From an uncultured Cytophagia bacterium (GTDB lineage: Bacteria; Zhuqueibacterota; Zhuqueibacteria; Thermofontimicrobiales; Thermofontimicrobiaceae), in contig CAZYNP010000028.1 in the NCBI GenBank assembly GCA_964647995.1, positions 1,151-65,150 on the forward strand: a DNA stretch of 64,000 bases. Direction: 5' to 3'. Under the pieces are notes generated by a model that saw only the letters and a program-made list of their open reading frames with translations, did no database searches and had not been told where the DNA came from. This document shows, one piece after another, positions 27,828 to 35,477 of this stretch. Position 1 is the first letter of the stretch. Every line of letters begins with the position of its first letter. Both the position numbers and the translations under genes were made by a program.

Positions 27828-30059
27828 ATGGATATAACCAGGCTACCCGAATCATTAACCACTTTGTTGAAAAACCACTATTCCAATGAGACAATTCATG
27901 TTGCGATTGCCTCCGATGTGACGAGGCGACTGATGTATGGCGAGGAGTGGCTGATTGCCACCGACAAACAAATTGCCATCTTTGTCGCTGACGATGGTGC
28001 TTTTCGCATCATTTCTTCGCATCCGCTGTGCGACATCAACAAAATCGAAGCGGTTAATTTAACGGGCAGCGGTGTGGTCGAGATTTCGGTCAATGGCCAG
28101 CCCCATCGTGTGATTTATTACTCCAATGCTCGGACTCCTGATTTTGCCCATGCCGTGGAGCAAATCAAAGCGCTGCTGGAGGGCCGGCCCACTGATACGG
28201 TACCATTGCATGATCACAACAGAAAAAAATGTGAGCGCTGCGGCTTACCCATACCTGCCGACTTGAAAAAATGTCCGCGCTGCACGGAACGCTGGAAAAC
28301 CCTCCGCCGAATTTTTGCCTTTGTTCGGCCATACCGGGTGCAACTGATCTTCATCTTTTTGTTGCTAATTGCTGGCACCGGTTTTGGTTTGATCACACCC
28401 TATCTGAGCAAGTTGTTCATCGATGTGATTCTCAAACCCAATCCTCAGAGCGGGCTATTTGAACAGGCTCACTGGCTCCCCCTGGCCGCACTGGCCATGT
28501 TGTTGGCCTACGCTGCACAAAGCGTATTCAACAGTCTCCACCTGCGGTTGACTGGTGTGGTAGGAAATAATACAGTCTACGATGTCCGCGCAGCCATTTA
28601 CAAAAAACTTCAAGAACTCTCGTTGGCCTTTTTTGATAAATATCAGACCGGCGCGCTCATGGCACGGGTAAACCAGGATACCCGCGAGCTTCAGCATTTT
28701 TTGGTCGATTTCATTCCCATCACGCTGGAAAGCCTGTTGATACTCATCGGTGTCGGCATTTTGCTGTTCGTTTTGAGCTGGAAGCTTACCCTGTTGGTGC
28801 TAATCCCCATCCTGGCAACCATTCTGTTTTTAAAGAAGATTTATTTCAAAATATATCTGTTTTTCCGACGCTTCTATCATCGCCGTTCCCGCTTGAGCGC
28901 GCTGATCAATGATTCCTTATCTGGAATTCGCGTGATCAAAGCCTTTGGACAGGAAGATGAGGAGATCAAAAAATTCGACGCCAAAAGCCGAGCTTTTCTG
29001 GAAGCGGGGATCGATCTCGAAATCAAATGGAGCCTCTATTCCCCAATCTTTCAATTCCTGATTATGCTGGGATCGATTATTATCTGGTTCATCGGTGGGA
29101 AATATATCGTTGCTGGCTGGATGAGCCTGGGGGATGTGGTGGCTTATGCCGGTTACCTGTGCATGTTCTATCGGCCAGTGTTCTTTCTGATTCGTTTGCT
29201 CCAGCTCATCACCAGTTCGCTCAGTGCGGCGGAACGGGTTTTCGACGTTATCGATACCGAGGTACAGGTAAAAGATGCCCCCAATGCCAGCGCGATGCCG
29301 ACGATCCAGGGAAGGATCGAATTCCAGAATGTCACCTTTGGCTATGATCCCTATAAGCCCGTGATCAAAGACCTGAGTTTTGTCATCAACGCCAATGAAA
29401 TTGTGGGATTGGTGGGCAAAAGTGGCGCAGGGAAAAGCACTATTATCAATCTGGTATGTCGGCTGTACGATGTCGATAAAGGTGCCATTCTGGTGGATGG
29501 CAAGGATGTGCGGACGATAAAATATCACGATCTACGCCAGCAGATTGGGGTGGTGTTGCAGGATACTTTTTTATTTAACGGGACAATCTATGAAAATATT
29601 GCCTACGCCAAACCCAATGCCAGCACCGAGGAAGTCATCGAGGCGGCGATGGCGGCTTACGCCCACGAGTTCATTTTGACCAAGCCAGATGGCTACGATA
29701 CCGAAGTGGGCGAACGCGGCAATAAATTATCTGGTGGCGAAAAGCAGCGCATCGCCATTTCCCGGGCGATTCTGCGCGATCCCCGGATTCTCATCCTGGA
29801 TGAGGCGACTTCGTCGCTGGATACTGAGACCGAGAAGAAGATTCAAGATGCCCTGCGCCGGCTAACCCGAGGTCGCACCACCATTGCCATTGCCCATCGG
29901 CTGTCCACGTTGCGCAACTGCGATCGCCTGTTCGTTATCGATGAAGGCAAGCTGGCAGAGATCGGCACTCATAAAGAGTTGATGGAGAAGAAAGGAATTT
30001 TTTATAATCTCGTCACGGTACAAAAAGAACTTTCAAAAATAGTGGCGGTAAGTGGTTAG
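27828..30059 (+). CDS. ABC exporter (fused permease and ATPase, MsbA-like) with an additional roughly 170-aa N-terminal cytoplasmic domain containing a C4 zinc ribbon.
   Basis: It has Walker A GKSGAGKST, the signature LSGGEKQRIAISRA, Walker B ILILDEATS and six predicted TM helices. The N-terminal domain ends CERCG...CPRC. Confidence 0.75.
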   Translation: MDITRLPESLTTLLKNHYSNETIHVAIASDVTRRLMYGEEWLIATDKQIAIFVADDGAFRIISSHPLCDINKIEAVNLTGSGVVEISVNGQPHRVIYYSNARTPDFAHAVEQIKALLEGRPTDTVPLHDHNRKKCERCGLPIPADLKKCPRCTERWKTLRRIFAFVRPYRVQLIFIFLLLIAGTGFGLITPYLSKLFIDVILKPNPQSGLFEQAHWLPLAALAMLLAYAAQSVFNSLHLRLTGVVGNNTVYDVRAAIYKKLQELSLAFFDKYQTGALMARVNQDTRELQHFLVDFIPITLESLLILIGVGILLFVLSWKLTLLVLIPILATILFLKKIYFKIYLFFRRFYHRRSRLSALINDSLSGIRVIKAFGQEDEEIKKFDAKSRAFLEAGIDLEIKWSLYSPIFQFLIMLGSIIIWFIGGKYIVAGWMSLGDVVAYAGYLCMFYRPVFFLIRLLQLITSSLSAAERVFDVIDTEVQVKDAPNASAMPTIQGRIEFQNVTFGYDPYKPVIKDLSFVINANEIVGLVGKSGAGKSTIINLVCRLYDVDKGAILVDGKDVRTIKYHDLRQQIGVVLQDTFLFNGTIYENIAYAKPNASTEEVIEAAMAAYAHEFILTKPDGYDTEVGERGNKLSGGEKQRIAISRAILRDPRILILDEATSSLDTETEKKIQDALRRLTRGRTTIAIAHRLSTLRNCDRLFVIDEGKLAEIGTHKELMEKKGIFYNLVTVQKELSKIVAVSG

Positions 30060-30557
30060 ATGATAAAATTATTATCTCCCAGCGAATTGACCTTTGACCT
30101 ACAAACCAATGGCCGGCTGCGGCTGACAATGAGCAACGGGAAAACATACGCGCCAATCACCTGTGTGGCGCTATTTCCTCTTTCCCGGCCCCAGGGCTAT
30201 ATTGCTATTTCAGTTCAACAGAATGGTGCTACGGAAGAGATTGGCATTATCCGGGAGCTCAGCGAACTGCCGCTGGAGCAACGAGCGTTGGTCGAGCAAG
30301 AGCTTCAATTGCACTATTTTTGTCCCCGAATTTTGAATATTCATAAAATCACTTCCAAGTATGGCGTGGATCAATGGCAGGTGGCGACTGATCGCGGAGA
30401 AAAGCAGTTCGTGGTGCAGGATGCGAAAGAAAATGTCACCATTCGGGACGATGGTTTGATCGTGATCACCGATTTCGATGGTTGCCGATATCAGATTCGG
30501 GATTATCGCCAACTGCCCTGGCCAGCCCGGATGAGGCTCGAGCAGGCGCTGTTGTAG
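30060..30557 (+). CDS. Small conserved hypothetical protein translationally coupled to the ABC exporter (stop and start overlap as TAGATG); possibly DUF1854-like.
   Basis: It is a 165-aa ORF whose start abuts the ABC gene stop. The DUF1854 assignment is from memory of that family lying beside ABC transporters and is uncertain. Confidence 0.4.
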   Translation: MIKLLSPSELTFDLQTNGRLRLTMSNGKTYAPITCVALFPLSRPQGYIAISVQQNGATEEIGIIRELSELPLEQRALVEQELQLHYFCPRILNIHKITSKYGVDQWQVATDRGEKQFVVQDAKENVTIRDDGLIVITDFDGCRYQIRDYRQLPWPARMRLEQALL

Positions 30558-30760
30558 CTGAAAACGGGAGTGGCAGCGTGCTGGATTTTTGGTATCATGC
30601 CGAAAATTAGCGATTATTTCTGACCGCTTTGATGATTCGACAAAAATAGAATCTTGATAATTTCAAAATTTTGTATTATATTTTATTGCTTGAGCAATTC
30701 GGTAAAACTCGGGGGCAGATCATGATCGATCTGGTTGAATCTTCATATTGAGCCTGGAAA

Positions 30761-32644
30761 TTGGTAGGAGCAGACTTGAGAGAAATTATCGGAACCAGTA
30801 ACCGAATTCTGGAGATCGATCTTGCGAATCGAAAGGTAACTGAATTCCCAATCACCGAACAGGAGCGTCAGCTTTATCTGGGGGGCAAAGGCCTGGGCTT
30901 AAAACTCTTGGCTGAGCGATTACAGCCGGGCATCGATCCTTTGGGAGAAGAAAATATTATCGCCTTGATGCTGGGCGTTTTGATGGGCACCGGTGCGCCC
31001 TGCAGCGGCCGGTTCGTGGCGCTCACCAAATCCCCGCTCACCGGCATCATGGTGTCTTCTTCTTGCGGCGGGCCATTTGGCATGGCGGTCAAAACCGCCG
31101 GGTATGATGGTCTGTTGATCAGGGGCAAATCTGAAGCGCCCATCTATCTGGAGATCGATGCGGACGGGGTAACATTTCACAATGCCGCGGCGTTATGGGG
31201 CAACGACACGGAAGAAACGCAAACGTTATTAAATTTGAATAAGACGGATGGCGCATTGGTCATTGGCCCGGCTGGAGAAAATAGGGTCCGCTTTGCCAAT
31301 GTTCGGTCCGGAAGTCGCTTCTTCGGTCGTGGCGGTATCGGAGCAGTTTTCGGCGCCAAGAATTTGAAAGCCATCGTGGCGCGTGGGGGAAAGTATAAAA
31401 TTGTTCCTCGAGACCCGAAGGCTTTTAAAAAGGTCCAACAAAAAGCGGTTAAACAGATCAATAAGAATTTAATCACCGGCAAGCTGTATCGCAATTATGG
31501 TACAGCGTCGAATTTCAAATTTTGTCAGCGCGGCAATATTGTTCCGGTGGAAAATTTTCGGTACGGCGATCACGACCGGATCGACAACGTGACCGGGGAG
31601 ACGATGCAGGCGAAATATCAAACCCGGCCGTACCCCTGCATCCCCTGTTCCATTTTATGCGGCCATAAGGGTACTTATCCGGACGGCAGCAGGTACAAAA
31701 TTCCCGAATATGAAACCACCGCCATGCTCGGCCCCAACCTGGGCATTTTCGATACCGATATCATCACTCAGTGGAATGAGCAGTGCGGCAAACTGGGGCT
31801 GGATACCATTTCGACAGGTGCGACGTTGGCCTATGCCATGGAAGCCGGGGAACAGGGCCTATTTCCCACCCCATTGAAATTCGGATCGCCCGAGGGAATT
31901 GGAGACACCATCGAAGCGATAGCCTATCGTCGGGGATTTGGCGCCGAGCTGGCCAACGGCACGCGCTGGCTGTCTGAAAAGTATGGCGGCAAAGAATTTG
32001 CCATGCAGGTGAAAGGGATGGAGTTGCCAGCCTACGATCCTCGGGGATCATGGGGGCAGGGGCTTTCGTACGCCGTGGCCAATCGCGGGCCCTGCCATCT
32101 CTCGGCCACAACCTTTGCGCTGGAAGTTTTTTTGAATTATTTAAATCCCTATTCCACCCGCTCCCGTGCCGAGTTCGTCACTCTTTTCGAGGCCATTTAC
32201 AACGGCGTGAATTCGTTGCACATTTGCCTGTTCACCACCTGGGCTTTTTTAATGGAGCCGCCAATCGTGAAATATACGCCCACGCCGCTGTTGAGATTTT
32301 TCATGCAATATTTGCCAAAGCTGGCCCAGAAATTTATGGATTTGAGGGTGTTTTGCCAGCTCTATGAGTCCATCACCGGTATCAAAATGAATCCGAAGCA
32401 ATTGTTGACCATCGGACATCGGATTCATCTGCTGGAGCGCTACCTGAACACCCGCGAAGGCATCTCCCGCAAGGACGATACATTGCCCGATCGGTTCTTG
32501 AAAGAAGGCCGAAAAAATGATCCTGCTAACCGCACCGTACCGCTCGACAAAATGCTGGACCGGTACTACCGGCTGCGGGGTTATGATGAGAATGGTATTC
32601 CCACAACCACGACATTGAAAAAATATGGCATTAATATTGACTAA
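30761..32644 (+). CDS. aor: Aldehyde:ferredoxin oxidoreductase (tungsten-containing AOR family).
   Basis: It has the AOR N-terminal domain (RILEIDL...YLGGKGLGLKLL...GRFVALTKSPLTG) and an internal Cys-rich region (CIPCSILCGH). Its length of about 620 aa is typical. The start is TTG at either 30761 or 30776. Confidence 0.7.
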   Translation: MVGADLREIIGTSNRILEIDLANRKVTEFPITEQERQLYLGGKGLGLKLLAERLQPGIDPLGEENIIALMLGVLMGTGAPCSGRFVALTKSPLTGIMVSSSCGGPFGMAVKTAGYDGLLIRGKSEAPIYLEIDADGVTFHNAAALWGNDTEETQTLLNLNKTDGALVIGPAGENRVRFANVRSGSRFFGRGGIGAVFGAKNLKAIVARGGKYKIVPRDPKAFKKVQQKAVKQINKNLITGKLYRNYGTASNFKFCQRGNIVPVENFRYGDHDRIDNVTGETMQAKYQTRPYPCIPCSILCGHKGTYPDGSRYKIPEYETTAMLGPNLGIFDTDIITQWNEQCGKLGLDTISTGATLAYAMEAGEQGLFPTPLKFGSPEGIGDTIEAIAYRRGFGAELANGTRWLSEKYGGKEFAMQVKGMELPAYDPRGSWGQGLSYAVANRGPCHLSATTFALEVFLNYLNPYSTRSRAEFVTLFEAIYNGVNSLHICLFTTWAFLMEPPIVKYTPTPLLRFFMQYLPKLAQKFMDLRVFCQLYESITGIKMNPKQLLTIGHRIHLLERYLNTREGISRKDDTLPDRFLKEGRKNDPANRTVPLDKMLDRYYRLRGYDENGIPTTTTLKKYGINID

Positions 32645-32708
32645 CGTTCAATCGTAATCATAAATCAGATCACTTATGTTGACCTGAGCACTGAATTTGG
32701 AGGGAGAG

Positions 32709-34508
32709 ATGTTTCAAAGTATTCCGCACCTGTTGTTCAACACTATCGAAAAATATCCTGATAAAGATGCACTGCGATTTCGCCGCGGCGGCAAGCTGCG
32801 ACGATTTACCTATCGCGAATTTGGGGAGCTGATCCAAACCCTGACCCATGGACTGGCGGCCAGGGGCTTGCAGCCCGGTGATAAAATTGCGATCCTCTCG
32901 AACAATCGGCCCGAATGGACGATTGCGGACTTTGCCGGCCTTTCCTTGCGCGGGGTGGTAGTTCCTATTTACCAGACATTACCACCCAATCAGATTGCCT
33001 ACATCTTGAACGATTCCGAAGCAAGGGCTATTTTTGTGGAAGATGAACACCAGTATGAAAAAATTGTCCAGATCCGAAAAAAGCTACCTCGGCTTAAATT
33101 TGTGTTCTCATTTCAGGAAATTCCGGATACCAAAGGACTGGTGCAATCATTTGAAGAACTGCTGGCAGATGGCAAAGAACATCAACGCCAGCAACCGAAC
33201 TTCTACTACGAATCGATCAATCACATCGAACCCAGAAAAATTTGCAGCATGGTGTACACTTCGGGAACCACGGGCGATCCCAAAGGCGTGATGCTGCATC
33301 ACCATGGATTCATCACCGATATTATAAATGCCGACGCCGTTTTGAATATTGTCGCGGCAGATGTCTTCCTGTCATTTCTACCCCTGAGCCATCTCTACGA
33401 ACGCCTGGCGGGCCACTGGACACCGATGTACAAAGGCGCAACCATTCACTATTCCCAGAGCATCGACACGGTCATCGACGATATCGCCGAAGCGAAACCC
33501 AGCGTAATCGTAAGTGTTCCCCGGCTGTATGAAAAAATCGCCGCCCGAGTACTGGAACAGGTAGAAACAGGGTCGGAACTCAAGAAAAAGATCTTCTATT
33601 GGGCACTGGCCGTGGGCCGCAAATATCACGATCAGCGGATCGATGGCAAAATCTCCTTCAAAACGAGACAGCAGCATAAGCTGGCTAATAAGCTGGTATT
33701 CCAAAAAATCAAAGATAAAATGGGCGGGCGACTCAGATTTCCTATTGCCGGGGGAGCGCCGCTGGCCGTGGAAACGCTAAAATTTTTCGAGGCGCTGGAC
33801 ATGCAGATCATCGAGGGCTATGGCATGACCGAAACACATCTGATTATCACGCTGACGCCAGCCGGCAAATCCCGCTATGGTTCCTGCGGCAAGCCCATCA
33901 ATGAGGTTCAAGTAAAAATTGCCAGTGACGGCGAGGTCTTGATCAAAGGGCCGACAGTTATGGCGGGTTATTATAAAAAACCGGAATTGACCAAAGAGGC
34001 GATTGACAACGATGGCTGGCTCCACACCGGCGACATCGGCTATCTGGATAATGAAAACTATTTATATTTGACCGATCGCAAGAAGAACATCCTGATCACT
34101 TCTGGCGGGAAAAATATCGCTTCCGCTCCCATTGAAAATGCTTTGAAGGCCAGCAAGTACATTGATGAAGTCTGCCTGATCGGGAACAATCGCAAGTTCG
34201 TTAGTGCGCTGATTGTGCCAGACTTCGATAATTTGAAAAAATGGGCACAGCAGCACGACCTTGATGTTACCGATAATAACGCGTTGGTGGAGCAGGCTGC
34301 GGTTAAAGATTTCGTATGGCAGGAGGTGGAGCGCCTCCAGACCGATTTCGCCCGTTTTGAGCAGGTAAAAAAAATCGCCCTGCTGCCGACGCCATTTACC
34401 ATTGACAAGGGCGAATTGACACCCAGTCTGAAGGTAAAACGGAATGTGGTCGAGCAAAATTATAAAGACCTGATCGATAAAATTTATCAAAGCGAACATG
34501 TGGTGTGA
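32709..34508 (+). CDS. Long-chain fatty-acid--CoA ligase (AMP-binding enzyme, FadD-like).
   Basis: It has the MVYTSGTTGDPKGV AMP-binding motif and the GYGMTE motif. A GGAGGGAGAG ribosome-binding site precedes the ATG at 32709. Confidence 0.75.
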   Translation: MFQSIPHLLFNTIEKYPDKDALRFRRGGKLRRFTYREFGELIQTLTHGLAARGLQPGDKIAILSNNRPEWTIADFAGLSLRGVVVPIYQTLPPNQIAYILNDSEARAIFVEDEHQYEKIVQIRKKLPRLKFVFSFQEIPDTKGLVQSFEELLADGKEHQRQQPNFYYESINHIEPRKICSMVYTSGTTGDPKGVMLHHHGFITDIINADAVLNIVAADVFLSFLPLSHLYERLAGHWTPMYKGATIHYSQSIDTVIDDIAEAKPSVIVSVPRLYEKIAARVLEQVETGSELKKKIFYWALAVGRKYHDQRIDGKISFKTRQQHKLANKLVFQKIKDKMGGRLRFPIAGGAPLAVETLKFFEALDMQIIEGYGMTETHLIITLTPAGKSRYGSCGKPINEVQVKIASDGEVLIKGPTVMAGYYKKPELTKEAIDNDGWLHTGDIGYLDNENYLYLTDRKKNILITSGGKNIASAPIENALKASKYIDEVCLIGNNRKFVSALIVPDFDNLKKWAQQHDLDVTDNNALVEQAAVKDFVWQEVERLQTDFARFEQVKKIALLPTPFTIDKGELTPSLKVKRNVVEQNYKDLIDKIYQSEHVV

Positions 34509-34659
34509 TTTTAGATTTTACCTGAATTCACTGCTGTCCAAGATAATTTGAATATCTAAATTTGCTCATTGTAAAATCGGCCACTAAAAGTAAATTCATT
34601 CGTTTTTCAAAATGAGGTTCTATTTCCACCTCGCCGCCGGTTGGCGGATGATATTTTGC

Positions 34660-34706
34660 TGTCCCAAATGCTCGATGAGAAATCGTGTTTGGGACAAGAG
34701 TGTTTT
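34660..34706 (+). terminator. Candidate terminator hairpin downstream of the fadD-like gene.
   Basis: A 9-bp stem tgtcccaaa/tttgggaca with a 18-nt loop is followed by gtgttttt. Confidence 0.3.
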
Positions 34707-34710
34707 TCAA

Positions 34711-35290
34711 CAAGGTAATAAGGTTTCTACTACCACGGATTTTGATATGTTACTAAGGTTTTCATCAGCCTGAGACACAAGACCAATTCAGAAGACCCTA
34801 TTAACCTTAGTGCCTGATTTCAAAAATCCGTTTAGGGCTTGAAAGCGTCTGACTATTAAAAATAACATCCCGCTTAGCAGGATCAATTCCTGCTGGCGTT
34901 GACTATTTCTACTTGGCGGGATGGAGTTAGCGTGGTAACCCTAAAATGCTCCCGCATGAAATTATGGAATGATGTACCAAATTCAACAGGGTCCATAGGA
35001 TTTGATCCATTCCCTGGCTGAAAAAAAATGATTAACCTTAGTAACCAGGTCGGCCCAGGACCGCCCGAACCTTATTACCTTATCGGGAATATTCCTTAAA
35101 AGAAAAATAAGCGAATAAGGTTTAGCATCGGTGGATCACCTGATGCTCCTAAGGTTAATAAGGTCTAATGGATTTGGTCTATTAAACCGAGCTTTGGTGA
35201 TTGAAATAAAATCGTGTCAAACGAATTTAATTTTTTCTTACTTTGAGTATTTCAGCAGAATGGGAGTAAGCTGTAAACCTTTTAATAACC
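34711..35290. repeat. Dispersed motif family ((T)AAGGT(T)AATAAGGT / TTACTAAGGTTAA) with about eight copies in both orientations in a 970-bp non-coding region.
   Basis: Copies are at 34711, 34748, 34798(rc), 35030(rc), 35067(rc), 35112, 35148 and 35275(rc). Two (34711 and 35067rc) are the identical 14-mer AAGGTAATAAGGTT. Confidence 0.6.
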
Positions 35291-35477
35291 CATACCGAGT
35301 GCGCTCAGCTTACATCATCAGGCCGGACATAAGTGGCACTTGATGCTTCGCTGGCGTCCTGATTGACGGTTGGATTGCGAAGGGAGGTCTTGTGGTTATT
35401 GGCCTGTTCTGCCGCCAACGATGAAACGGGTGACTGGAGTCCGGTGTGGGCTCTATCAAAATTGAGGAGAAACGTTT

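Noticed and set aside
34528-35343. Small ORFs (61 aa minus-strand at 34528-34713; 70 aa plus-strand at 35131-35343) inside the 970-bp repeat-rich intergenic region.
   Set aside because: They are built largely from the repeated TAAGGTTAA motif copies, with no ribosome-binding site and no recognisable protein features.
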